Shown: positions 40,049 to 49,583 of the stretch, piece by piece
Layout of the letters: the number at the start of each line of letters is the position of its first letter
Numbering within the stretch: the stretch's first letter is position 1
Program-made: the position numbers and the translations under genes
The notes under the pieces: model-generated
Database searches by the model: none
What the model saw: only the letters and a program-made list of their open reading frames with translations
Told to the model about the DNA's origin: nothing
DNA from: an uncultured Gammaproteobacteria bacterium
Lineage (GTDB): Bacteria > Cyanobacteriota > Vampirovibrionia > JBFMGH01
DNA length: 64,000 nt
Assembly (NCBI GenBank): GCA_964517135.1
Contig: CAZFBA010000003.1
Coordinates: forward strand, 140,863-204,862
Reading direction: 5' to 3'

Positions 40049-41053
40049 TCAAAAATGCTTGAAAGTAGCTTCTTCTTCTAATAAATACTCATCGAGTTCT
40101 ATAACAGTATTTTCTGAAATCAAGGAAATACTGCACTTTCCTTCGATTATGTCACCAATACAGGTAAATTGAAAGTCTGTGTTCTTATATAATACCTCAA
40201 GATCTTCTTCATTGCAGGTAAAAATTAATTCAAAATCCTCACCGCCGTATAGAGCAGCCTGGAAAGAGTTTACATTTAGAATTCTATGAATATCAAAGAG
40301 TTCTGGAGCTATTGGTATACGATCCATATAGATATTAAAGCGTTTTTCGCTTTTTGTTGATATCTGATAGAGGGCATCAGCGAGACCATCGCTGGTATCC
40401 ATCATGCAATATTCTTGGTAATCAGTATTGTTAAGGAAATATTGAGCTTCATGTATTCTTGGCCAGGGTTTAGTGTGTCTTGAAATTATATTATGTATTG
40501 TATCATTTTCTTGCAGATTTTTGGATCCTTGGAGCAGTAACAAGCCGGTGTAGCTGGCTCCGTAGTCACCAGTAGTAATTATTTTCTGGCCTATTTTAGC
40601 GAATTTGCGGCCTGTTTTCTTTTTTGTTTTGCCTGTAGCAGTTACTGTTACAACCAGTACATCACATCTGGTAAGGTCTCCTCCGACAATGTTAACTCCG
40701 AACTGTTCTGTGAGGTATATCATTCCGTTATAAAATTCTCTTACGAAGTCTATGTCTATATATTGAGGCATAGCGAGTGATACCAGCAGGTATTCACATA
40801 TTCCCCCGGAAGCTGCAATATCGCTCAGGTTCACAGCTGCGGCTTTATAGCCCAGCTCAAAAGGAGTATGGGTATTCAGTTTAAAGTGTGTATTTTCAAC
40901 GAGGGTATCACAAGTAAGTACGGTGCCGGTTTCGTTTATGACAGCAGTATCATCGCCGATGATATTTAGCTTGCTGTCTGCGATATCTTTTATCGCCTGT
41001 ATCAGCTCAAATTCTTTCATCTGGTTACTTTCGGAGTTAATAGCATTTTGCAT
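40049..41053 (-). CDS. thiL: thiamine-monophosphate kinase
   Basis: AIR-synthase-related fold with ThiL signatures: EFELIQAI, IGDDTAVI, TCDTLVENTHF, GYKAAAVNLSDIAASGG. Confidence 0.85.
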   Translation of the reverse strand: MQNAINSESNQMKEFELIQAIKDIADSKLNIIGDDTAVINETGTVLTCDTLVENTHFKLNTHTPFELGYKAAAVNLSDIAASGGICEYLLVSLAMPQYIDIDFVREFYNGMIYLTEQFGVNIVGGDLTRCDVLVVTVTATGKTKKKTGRKFAKIGQKIITTGDYGASYTGLLLLQGSKNLQENDTIHNIISRHTKPWPRIHEAQYFLNNTDYQEYCMMDTSDGLADALYQISTKSEKRFNIYMDRIPIAPELFDIHRILNVNSFQAALYGGEDFELIFTCNEEDLEVLYKNTDFQFTCIGDIIEGKCSISLISENTVIELDEYLLEEEATFKHF

Positions 41054-41147
41054 TCAACAAATAACTTTATTACATTGAAGATTTTATCAGTTAAGCGAAA
41101 AATATAAAAGAAGGTGGTTTAAAATGATATTTCTTTTCAGCCTATCA

Positions 41148-41278
41148 GTAGCCCTCCCGCCCACCCCAGGGGTTAGTTTTACAGGTAAATTGGTATAATA
41201 CCTCTGCAAACATGACTTCATACCAGCCTGAGCGTGTGAAGACTTGAGTGAGTGCAGGCAGCTGTCAGGGCAATTGAA
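41148..41278 (-). repeat. GC-rich element, copy B (shortened homolog of 22961..23185)
   Basis: The reverse complement aligns to copy A: tcaattgccctgacagctgcctgcactcactcaagtcttc...gaagtcatgtttgcagaggtattatacc...acccctggggtgggcgggaggg. Confidence 0.6.
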
Positions 41279-41287
41279 AAAAACGGC

Positions 41288-41320
41288 AAAAAAAAACGGC
41301 TTTTTGCCGTTAAATGAGCC
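41288..41320 (-). terminator. Rho-independent terminator (minus strand) downstream of the 109-aa gene
   Basis: Read on the minus strand: cggc-aaaaa-gccg followed by ttttttttt, plus a second gccg/T-run. Confidence 0.5.
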
Positions 41321-41377
41321 ACACAAGAGATTTGCAAGGTTTTATTAATTTTCTGAAACTGGAGAAAGTTAGTAAAA

Positions 41378-41707
41378 TTAAGCGAATGTTTTGAATGACA
41401 TATCGATGTTCTTGTCGATAACTTTTTGAACTGCTGATATTTCGGTTTGAAGAGCTTGTTGCTGAGTGTCAACCCTTCTTAACTGAAGTTCAAGAGCTTT
41501 GTCAATCTGCTGAAGAGCTTCTACTCTGGTTTGAAGAGTTGCTGCGTCCTGTGAATCGGGGTCTAAATTTGTTTGAGCGTTGAAAAGCATTCCGACGGCG
41601 TTGGCTATTTTAAGCCTTTCCTGGTTAATTCTTTGTCCTTGCATTTCAACATCTGATTTTCTGGCGGTTAAAACTAAGAATCTTGCTTGTGATGCTGCTA
41701 AACCCAT
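41378..41707 (-). CDS. hypothetical small coiled-coil protein (109 aa)
   Basis: ATG start; helical/heptad character; a faint resemblance to the flagellin N-terminus was considered and not supported. Confidence 0.45.
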   Translation of the reverse strand: MGLAASQARFLVLTARKSDVEMQGQRINQERLKIANAVGMLFNAQTNLDPDSQDAATLQTRVEALQQIDKALELQLRRVDTQQQALQTEISAVQKVIDKNIDMSFKTFA

Positions 41708-42084
41708 ATCGTACTCCTTTTTATCTCTTGTGACTCAAATTTTTTGTATATCTTGCGTATATCTCTTGTATATATAAAAACAAGTTTTTTCTCCGAATTG
41801 CCTGATTTGCTTTAAATATGAAGAAACATTAAGATATCCGTTTTTGACTTTGATAAAAACCTTTTTGGGGCTAACCTCTCTAGAATAATGCTTCTAGCAA
41901 TACATTTGAAGGTCTTTCACTGGAATAGTGCTGACATTAGATTTTTTCCAAAAATACAAATAAATTTGTTCTTAAAGTAAGAAACCATGGCAAATCCTTA
42001 AAATACTCTTCCAGTAAGCATCTTAAGTGATATATACTTTTTGCATCTATTTTAGATTTTTCTTTATAAGTATAAAAAATTACA

Positions 42085-43512
42085 TTATTTGTTGTTATCA
42101 GAGATAAGTTTATGTTCTGAGGATATTGAAGGTTTTTTAGCAGCGATCGTGACAATATAAGCAAGGATTACAGGCAATATACCCAGAAATACTCTGTCAG
42201 CACTGCTATAAAGGTGTAACAAAACTTCATGCGGGCTGATCAGGTAAACTGCAATAATAGCCGAGAAATTCAGCAGAAAAAGCCCGCCAAAAAAGGTTAG
42301 TTCCCTGTAGCATCTGCCTGTAATGCCTGCAATTAAAAAGATTGTAAATACATAATAGAGTAAACCCCAATTATTCAGGTTAAACATATTCTTCATAAAT
42401 AGAAAATCGACAATATCTGGTAATCTATTAAGGTTCTGAGCTGGCTCAAAAGCTACCAGGCCTGAAAGTGAGACGATATCATTAGTGATTCCTGCCAGTT
42501 TAACACTAAGAAGCCAGGGTAAATTTAACAAAATTGCTACAAGAAAGGCCACCAGAAGCGATTTTGCCCGTGTTTTAAATTGATCACAATACTTTAAACA
42601 AAAAACTGTCGAAATAATAAAAAGTGTCAGACTAAAGAGCATACCTTCATTTTTGGTCATTATCATTGCTGCAAATCCTGCTCCTGCTGGTATAAGGTAT
42701 TCAACCTGTACCTTTTCTGAAAAAAGATATTGATAAAGAAAATATAGTGCCAGCATATGATAAGTTGAAAGTACACCATCGGCATAAGCTCCCATAAAAT
42801 TAAGAGCTATAACTGGCATGGCAATAAATGATATTAGTAGAAGCCACGAAAGCAGGTTATTTATATGCTTTTTTGTAAAACTGTAAATAAGTATTGCATA
42901 GCTTATAAACGTCATACTAAAAAAGACCTGGGTTGTCTGAGGGCTAAAGACGCCTTTAAAACCTGCAATGACTGCCTGCACAAGAGGTACCAGCAAAGGA
43001 TAATCCATATGAATATAGCCCGAATGTCTTAAGAGGTCATAATCAAAAGCATTCAGGCTAATTAATTTGGCCTTTATACTCCATATCATCCAGGCATCCC
43101 AGGCCCATACAGGCTTTACATAGTTAAAGAAAACAATTTCAGCAAAAAAGACCACAACAACTATAAATAAAATATCTGTTATAAATCTGTGTTTAGTTTT
43201 CTCAGAAGTTCTTTCAGAGATAGAATGCCTCAATGATTCCAGTCTGGTAGCAATTTTGCCAGAAAGACCCAGAAAAACAAGCAAAGGAATAAGCAGGACA
43301 AATAATACGTTGATCTGTATACCTGCAAAGCTAATAAGCAAAAAGATAAGAGATATAAAGGATATTATCAGGCAGCCAGTGAGCCATGAAGAAGCAATAA
43401 TTACAGGCATTTCCAGCTTCTCAAGAAGGTTTTTGAAGAGAGCCAGCATTAAAAAACCTGTCAAACAGATAAGAAAAACAATCGATATCATAAATATAAA
43501 GTCATAGATCAT
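42085..43512 (-). CDS. polytopic membrane protein, putative GT-C-fold glycosyltransferase (GT39-like); family call uncertain
   Basis: Around 12 TM helices; organisation similar to the 26239..27762 protein; 4-nt overlap with the upstream gene (operon with mutS2). Confidence 0.5.
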   Translation of the reverse strand: MIYDFIFMISIVFLICLTGFLMLALFKNLLEKLEMPVIIASSWLTGCLIISFISLIFLLISFAGIQINVLFVLLIPLLVFLGLSGKIATRLESLRHSISERTSEKTKHRFITDILFIVVVVFFAEIVFFNYVKPVWAWDAWMIWSIKAKLISLNAFDYDLLRHSGYIHMDYPLLVPLVQAVIAGFKGVFSPQTTQVFFSMTFISYAILIYSFTKKHINNLLSWLLLISFIAMPVIALNFMGAYADGVLSTYHMLALYFLYQYLFSEKVQVEYLIPAGAGFAAMIMTKNEGMLFSLTLFIISTVFCLKYCDQFKTRAKSLLVAFLVAILLNLPWLLSVKLAGITNDIVSLSGLVAFEPAQNLNRLPDIVDFLFMKNMFNLNNWGLLYYVFTIFLIAGITGRCYRELTFFGGLFLLNFSAIIAVYLISPHEVLLHLYSSADRVFLGILPVILAYIVTIAAKKPSISSEHKLISDNNK

Positions 43513-44090
43513 TTTTCTGGATCCTCAAGCTTCAATAAGATCAACTGATCAGATATTTTTTCCATATCTCTGATTCTATCGTGCGGTATTTCAATATTTA
43601 TACGGGGTTTATTACTCATATTCACTATTATAATGTAATTTGATTCTTCTGGCCCTGCTGCAATCTTTCGTGGAGCCAGATAATAGGATAATTGAAACTT
43701 AGTCATAACGTTTTCATAAGCACTATCCCAGGGTTCAGCAAAATAAAATGTTTCACCGGGTTTAATGGTTTTATCCAGCAACTGATAAAACCTGAAAATA
43801 TTTTCTGGTAAAAGTTTTTGCATGGCTTCAGCCTGAGATAGCCCTGTAAAACGCTGGTTTTCAAGAAACATTCTTTGCATAAAAACTGGCAAATAAACAG
43901 AATTTATTACTATTAAAGCTCCAAGAACAATAAAATTAAATTTATGTATCTTATCTTTATGCATCCTGTAGCAGTAAACCAGCAAAACAAATATTAACAG
44001 GGCAAATAAAATAACAAACAGGTTATATTCTACAGGTTTAAAGAGTAAAAAGACATCATTAACTGTTATATAAGAGTTACCGGAAGTCAT
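43509..44090 (-). CDS. hypothetical membrane protein (193 aa)
   Basis: Two TM segments then a soluble domain; start overlaps the mutS2 stop and its stop overlaps the next gene start (4 nt each). Confidence 0.5.
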   Translation of the reverse strand: MTSGNSYITVNDVFLLFKPVEYNLFVILFALLIFVLLVYCYRMHKDKIHKFNFIVLGALIVINSVYLPVFMQRMFLENQRFTGLSQAEAMQKLLPENIFRFYQLLDKTIKPGETFYFAEPWDSAYENVMTKFQLSYYLAPRKIAAGPEESNYIIIVNMSNKPRINIEIPHDRIRDMEKISDQLILLKLEDPEK

Positions 44091-46474
44091 ACGAGATCCA
44101 CCACACTAATACCATCGCCCCCTTCGTTTTCTTTGCCGGGTCTGAATTCTTTAACATATGGAGAAGACTTTAAATATTCCCTAACAGCCTTACGTAAAGC
44201 GCCTGTACCGTGCCCGTGTATCACATAAACTGACGGCATTCCAGTAAGAGAAGCTTTATCCAGATATATTTCAAGTTCTTGCAGTCCATCTTCGACTGTT
44301 TTACCTCTCAAATCACAGGTATTGTTTATATTTCTGTGACCAGAAGATTTTGTTACAGAGTCTTTTACCTTAAATGAAGGTCTGTAGTCATCCGTCTTCT
44401 TTTTATCTGCCTGATACAGATCTTCTGCTCTTACAGTTGTCTTAATTAGCCCCATCTGTACAACGACTTTATTGTTTTTGTCGGGCAGAGAAACGATTGT
44501 TGCAGTCTGTCCAATATCTTTCAACAGTACTGTATCACCTGTTTTTGCTTTTTGCCAGTTGACAGGCTGTGGACCCTCTTTCTTTTCTAGTTTCTGACGA
44601 TAATAATCTATTTTTTTTCTGGCCCTGTGATCTACGCCGGCAAGCTCTGAATGAGCCCTTTTTGCAGTTTTTTCTGTACGCTCAGCCCTGAGTTCACTAA
44701 GTATTTCAAGCACTTCAGCTCTGGCTTTGCTTAGTTCAGAATTCAGATTACGTCTGAAAGTATGAAGAGCCTGTGAACGTGTAGCATTAAATTTTTCAAG
44801 ATACTTTTCATACTGTGCTTTTAGTTCTTCAGCGTATTCATGCTTTGATTTTGCTTTATTATACTCACTATTTACCTCTTTTTGAACCTTCTGAAGCTCA
44901 TCAAGCATTAATGAAAAATCGTCTTCGGTTGAGGTATATATTTCACGTGCTCTTTCAACAATATCTTTTTTAAGACCAAGGTTTTTAGCTATTGTTGTAG
45001 CATTAGACTTTCCAGGAATGCCCATCAGCAGCTTAAAAGTAGGCGTAAGTGTTTCCAGATCAAACTCTACGCTGGCATTATAGAAGCCTTTATGAGAAAA
45101 GGCCAGTGTTTTCAATCCCCCATAATGGGTTGTAACAACAGTATTAGCTTCTTTATTGTTTAGATGTTCCAGCAGGGCTTGAGCCAGAGCAGTACCTTCT
45201 GCCGGGTCTGTGCCAGCTCCCAGCTCATCTATCAGTATCAATGAATCTTGATCAGCCCTGTTGACAATGTTAATGATACCCTTCATATGAGCTGAAAAGG
45301 TTGATAGGTTTTGTTCGATACTTTGATGTTCTCCTATTTCACAGAATACAGAGGAATACAGATAAATGCTAGAGTCTGATTCAGCTGGTATGTGCATCCC
45401 TGATGCTGCCATAAGAAGGCAAAGCCCTATAGTTTTTAGCATTACTGTCTTGCCACCAGCATTAGCCCCTGTAACAATAAGGGTATTATACTCTTCACCA
45501 AGTGTTACAGTGTTAGCAACTACCTTTTTGATGGTTCTAATGAGTATTGGATGTCTGGCCATCCTCAGGAGGATAACTTTATTTGTGTTAATTTCAGGTT
45601 CACCGGCATCTAAAAGCTTACTGTATCTTGCTTTTGCAAATATACTATCTATTCTGGCCATAATATCCATATTAATATAGATTATTTCAGCTTCCTGTGC
45701 GACTTTGTGCGTGAGATCAGCCAGAATTCTATGTATTTCATGCTCTATGTTGAGTTCTGTTTCTTTTATCCGGTTGTTGATTTCTACGAGTTCACGGGGT
45801 TCTATGTAAATTGTTGCACCGCTTGCGGAGCTATCATGAACAATACCGGGTATATGAGATTTGTGTTCTGCTTTTACAGGAAGCACATAGCGTTCATTTC
45901 TCATTGTATAAACTGGTTCCTGAAGATATTTCAGTATAGCCTGAGAGTGCATGATTGAATTGAAACGATCTTTCAGGTTAGAAGTTTGATCTCTCAGACT
46001 GTCTTTGAGTTGTTTTAGTGCCGGGCTTGCTGTATCTTTAAGAATACCAGAAGGTTCAAAACATCTGAATATTTGATCAAGCAATTTTGATGGGTCAATT
46101 AAAAAAGAGGCCGTGTGAGATATTTGTGGATAGGTTTCTTCCTGTTTTTCAAAAAAGGCTTTAAGCTTTTGTGCAGCAGTAAGGGTTGATCCGATATTTT
46201 TAAAATCTTCAGCTTCAAGAGTGATACCTTTACAGGCGTTTTGAACTGCCTCTCTTATATCATATATTGATGATAGAGGTGGGTCTATTGCCTGCTGCAA
46301 CATAGATTTTGCTTCAGTAGTCAGGGTCAATTCGTGCCTGACCTCTTCAATATCTGATTGAGGGTTAAGTGAGAGACAAAGTTCTTTACCCGGTTTGCTG
46401 GATGCCTGACCGGCAAGGTCTTCGAGTATTACGTACCACTCAAGGTCTTTCAGAGTTTTTTCTTCTACAAACAT
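44087..46474 (-). CDS. mutS2: endonuclease MutS2 (MutS domain ATPase with C-terminal Smr domain)
   Basis: Walker A (TGANAGGKT); MutS family signature (SHYGGLK-type, DELGAGTDP); C-terminal Smr domain (DLRGKTVEDGLQELEIYLDKASLTGMPSVYVIHGHGTGALRKAV). Confidence 0.9.
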   Translation of the reverse strand: MFVEEKTLKDLEWYVILEDLAGQASSKPGKELCLSLNPQSDIEEVRHELTLTTEAKSMLQQAIDPPLSSIYDIREAVQNACKGITLEAEDFKNIGSTLTAAQKLKAFFEKQEETYPQISHTASFLIDPSKLLDQIFRCFEPSGILKDTASPALKQLKDSLRDQTSNLKDRFNSIMHSQAILKYLQEPVYTMRNERYVLPVKAEHKSHIPGIVHDSSASGATIYIEPRELVEINNRIKETELNIEHEIHRILADLTHKVAQEAEIIYINMDIMARIDSIFAKARYSKLLDAGEPEINTNKVILLRMARHPILIRTIKKVVANTVTLGEEYNTLIVTGANAGGKTVMLKTIGLCLLMAASGMHIPAESDSSIYLYSSVFCEIGEHQSIEQNLSTFSAHMKGIINIVNRADQDSLILIDELGAGTDPAEGTALAQALLEHLNNKEANTVVTTHYGGLKTLAFSHKGFYNASVEFDLETLTPTFKLLMGIPGKSNATTIAKNLGLKKDIVERAREIYTSTEDDFSLMLDELQKVQKEVNSEYNKAKSKHEYAEELKAQYEKYLEKFNATRSQALHTFRRNLNSELSKARAEVLEILSELRAERTEKTAKRAHSELAGVDHRARKKIDYYRQKLEKKEGPQPVNWQKAKTGDTVLLKDIGQTATIVSLPDKNNKVVVQMGLIKTTVRAEDLYQADKKKTDDYRPSFKVKDSVTKSSGHRNINNTCDLRGKTVEDGLQELEIYLDKASLTGMPSVYVIHGHGTGALRKAVREYLKSSPYVKEFRPGKENEGGDGISVVDLV

Positions 46475-46508
46475 TAATTTCTATAACTTTACTGCTGATG
46501 TTTCTCAT

Positions 46509-47024
46509 TTATTGTTCTAGCTGCTTTAAAATAAACTTTTCAAGAGAGTGATTTGCAGCCTGAATAATACTGACATCTTTAACTTCACCTTCCATGTGAT
46601 AGTTATTGCAAAGTGTCCAGGTTATCTGGCTTTCTGGTACCCTTGGAATCCAGTAGTATTCTTCGATTTTAGAACTTAACGCTTCTTCTATCCCAGTTTT
46701 TTTAGCAACTGTAACAATTATCTGGGTTCCTTCAGGCTCATTTTTATATATATAATCAAAATTAAAAGTTATATAAAGGTTACCATAATCTATTTTCAAA
46801 AGCCTTTCACCCTGTGTATACTTTAATTCTTCGGCATTGAGATCTTTATTGATTCTGTTAGCTCTTTCTATTAGATATTGAACCATTTTCAGAAACTCAT
46901 CAGCCCTGTTATCAAGGATAAGTTTTTTTCTTTTCTGAACTTTTTCTATCTCTTCAAGCCTTTTGCGTTCCTCTGTTTCTTTTTTCTTCTTTATTTCCAG
47001 TATTTTTTCTGCCAGTGGATCCAT
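46509..47024 (-). CDS. hypothetical protein (171 aa)
   Basis: ATG start; charged N-terminal helix; no recognised domain. Confidence 0.5.
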   Translation of the reverse strand: MDPLAEKILEIKKKKETEERKRLEEIEKVQKRKKLILDNRADEFLKMVQYLIERANRINKDLNAEELKYTQGERLLKIDYGNLYITFNFDYIYKNEPEGTQIIVTVAKKTGIEEALSSKIEEYYWIPRVPESQITWTLCNNYHMEGEVKDVSIIQAANHSLEKFILKQLEQ

Positions 47025-47138
47025 AAAAATTAACCCTATTTTTTACCTTACCCAGCTTTATTTTAACAATAAAATAGACCAGTGCATAATTAATACTGTT
47101 CCTTGAATGAAATGAAATATTCCAGCAACTTGGTTACA

Positions 47139-47171
47139 GGTGTTTTTGCCTGAATAGCAAGCAAAAACACC
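47139..47171. repeat. REP-like hairpin ggtgtttttgc-N11-gcaaaaacacc (family members at 63911..63943, 28198..28234, 38049..38085, 57554..57593)
   Basis: Perfect 11-bp inverted arms with an 11-nt loop; identical arms recur at 63911..63943 with a different loop. Confidence 0.65.
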
Positions 47172-47401
47172 CTGTAGTAAATTTAAAGCTAATAGAGTTT
47201 ACTTTCCTGGATTGGTAAAGATGACAGGTTTTTCTCTTTTCGATTTTCAAAAAATATAAATTTAAAATATGTTGAACGAGCAGACTTAACCCGGGAGTGA
47301 GCCCCATTCTTGATTGACTGGAAATTATTATAAATAGTGAAGATAGAGGTTTCTAACAAGAAGAACCTTTTATAATATGACATTTTAGCTTTTAATGGTC
47401 T

Positions 47402-49123
47402 TCAGGACTGTATATTTAGTTTTTTGATAGTGTCTTCAGAAATAAAGACGTGGTTATTCTTTCTTCTGTCACCTTTTCTTCTGCCTGCAACATCGTTTCT
47501 GCTTTCGTTGTTTGTATCCTGAGTTTCTGCCTGGGCTACTGTCCTTCTGTCTATGCTGTTTCTTCTATCTCCATCACGTTTGTCAATTACTACTCTGGTG
47601 CCCATTGTTTCTGTTAGATATTCGTGGAGCATAGCAAGAGATTTATCCAGAACAACTTTTGTTTCGCTGTCATTATCTTTATTTTCATTGACAAAATCAG
47701 TAATTTTATTGACCAGGTTTGACTTTTGTTCAGGGTGAAGATTGACAATATTCCTCAGATAAAGAGCTTCTTTTTGGGTAATTTCTTTTTTATGTTCTTT
47801 TTGTTTGTCGATCTGGTTGAGTTTATTTTTATCTTCTTGAATTTGTCTGGATATAAGGTCAATATTTCTTTGATTGTTCTGAATTTTGCTTTCAGCCATT
47901 TCTTTAGATTTAATAAGATTTGATACCTGTTCACTTGAGGATGATTTAACCCTTTCAAAGTTGTTTATATAGTCAATATCCATCATTTTAGCAACTCTCA
48001 ACTGTGATAAATCAACATCTTCAGCAAGTTTTTCCAGCTGTCTTGTAACTTCCCGGTTAACACCATCAAGTTCTGCCATTTGCTGGTTTACCTGTTGCTG
48101 CATAGCCTGGACCTGTTCGTTTATTTTATTAACACCTTCTCCCACCTGTGAAATGTTATTCTGAGAGTCTTTAAAACCTTCAACCGCTTTCTGGTCGTCG
48201 CTCATTTGTATTTCTTGCTGGGTTTCCAGAACAGTAAGTGCAGCATTAGCACCAGTGCTTACAACACCTAGAACACTGGGTAAGTTCAACCGGCTCATAG
48301 ACTGTAACATTCTTACGTGAGTCTGGTTTTCAAATGCTAATTTTCTATCTTCAAGGTGAAGATCCCAGATGCCTATGAGAGCGTTAAAATAACCAATAAC
48401 TGAATCATCAGCAGGCATTGTAGATGCGAGCCTTTGGGTCATTTGTTCTTCAGTCATATCTTTTCTGGGGTTTGACACCATATATAATTGCTGGGCAAAT
48501 TGATAAAATTCTTTCATAGCCTTTTGATCGTCTTTTATCTGATTTATTCTTGCAGCTTCTCTGATCATTTGATTCATTACAAGCATTTTCTTTTCAGCTT
48601 CTTCTTTTTGCTGGATCAATAAAGCTTTTTGTTCAGGATCTTCTGTGCTTTCAATTCTAGCATCAAGTTGTTCAATTGATTTTTCAAGTTTTTCAGTGCC
48701 ATCTGTAAGTTTATTCATACACCAATTAAGCATTTTAAAAGATTCTGCCCTAACTTGAGAGTTCATTTGGGCTTCATAGCGATCTTTATATTCTTGAAAA
48801 GTTGCCATTTGTTCTCGAAGCTGTTGAACTTTCTCGCTCATGCGTGCCATAAAGGCTTCAATTTTTGAATATCTAAAAATTGACTGCACAGCAATAAGCT
48901 GGGCTTTTAAATTGCTTATTTTGAATGAATTCATCTTGGTTTGTTCCATACCAGCAATAGCAGATTCAAGCTCAAACGCCCTGTATTCAGCTTTTTTAGA
49001 AGACATATCAGCAAAAATCGCATCTGTTTCTGCATCTGCGATTTCCTGCATAGCATTATTAAATGTAGCCATTTTAGCGGCTATCATTGATTTTATCTGA
49101 TCTCTAATAGCATAATCTGTCAT
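47402..49123 (-). CDS. hypothetical long coiled-coil protein with an Arg/Asp-rich C-terminal tail
   Basis: 573 aa, predominantly heptad-like; C-terminus RDGDRRNSIDRRTVAQ...GRRKGDRRKNN; no catalytic motif. Confidence 0.55.
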   Translation of the reverse strand: MTDYAIRDQIKSMIAAKMATFNNAMQEIADAETDAIFADMSSKKAEYRAFELESAIAGMEQTKMNSFKISNLKAQLIAVQSIFRYSKIEAFMARMSEKVQQLREQMATFQEYKDRYEAQMNSQVRAESFKMLNWCMNKLTDGTEKLEKSIEQLDARIESTEDPEQKALLIQQKEEAEKKMLVMNQMIREAARINQIKDDQKAMKEFYQFAQQLYMVSNPRKDMTEEQMTQRLASTMPADDSVIGYFNALIGIWDLHLEDRKLAFENQTHVRMLQSMSRLNLPSVLGVVSTGANAALTVLETQQEIQMSDDQKAVEGFKDSQNNISQVGEGVNKINEQVQAMQQQVNQQMAELDGVNREVTRQLEKLAEDVDLSQLRVAKMMDIDYINNFERVKSSSSEQVSNLIKSKEMAESKIQNNQRNIDLISRQIQEDKNKLNQIDKQKEHKKEITQKEALYLRNIVNLHPEQKSNLVNKITDFVNENKDNDSETKVVLDKSLAMLHEYLTETMGTRVVIDKRDGDRRNSIDRRTVAQAETQDTNNESRNDVAGRRKGDRRKNNHVFISEDTIKKLNIQS

Positions 49124-49291
49124 AACTTTTTCTTTGGCACTGCCTGTTTTTCAAGTAAACCACCCTACTATTATAAAAACAAAAAATGTAACGAAATTGT
49201 TATTTTTGTATTGAAAAGTGTTAAATTTGTAATAAAAATTCATCTATTAAGCCTCTGCGAATCAGTATTTATTAATTGCAAAGATTTAGAC

Positions 49292-49321
49292 TTGACATTA
49301 ACGTAAATGTCTGGTTATAAT
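49292..49321 (+). promoter_or_regulatory. consensus sigma70-type promoter (TTGACA-18-TATAAT)
   Basis: TTGACA at 49292..49297 and a perfect TATAAT at 49316..49321 with an 18-bp spacer; about 370 bp upstream of the SPFH gene. Confidence 0.5.
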
Positions 49322-49583
49322 ATATTTGAGAATATTTCTCAATTGCTCGGCATCTTATTTAATACAGATTGATAATTACTATTATTAAGGAGGTGATCTT
49401 ACCAGGTAAAAAGCTAAAAGTTACTATATGTACTGCATAAGAAAAATCACAGGTTGATAACCTGACAAAATTGAAACAAATAGACCAACTGCAACAGGCA
49501 AATTAGCCTGTTGTAGTATATTATAAAGATAAATATTGCTCTATTTTAATTTATTACGATATAACACAAAAATAAAACTTTTT

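Noticed and set aside
41378-41707. Possible flagellin N-terminal fragment (GLAASQARF...QERL) or pseudogene
   Set aside because: The similarity to the flagellin N-terminal helix is faint and is not supported by the conserved GLRINSAKDDAAG-type motif. The ORF is intact, with its own terminator, so I call it a hypothetical coiled-coil protein.
49386-49398. TAAGGAGGTGATC looked like the reverse complement of the 16S rRNA 3' terminus, raising the possibility of an rRNA gene fragment
   Set aside because: Only the 12-13-nt anti-SD complement matches. The flanking sequence (cttttagctttttacctggtaagatcacc on the other strand) does not match the conserved 16S 3' domain. I interpret it as an unusually long SD-like element; see the finding at 49292..49622.
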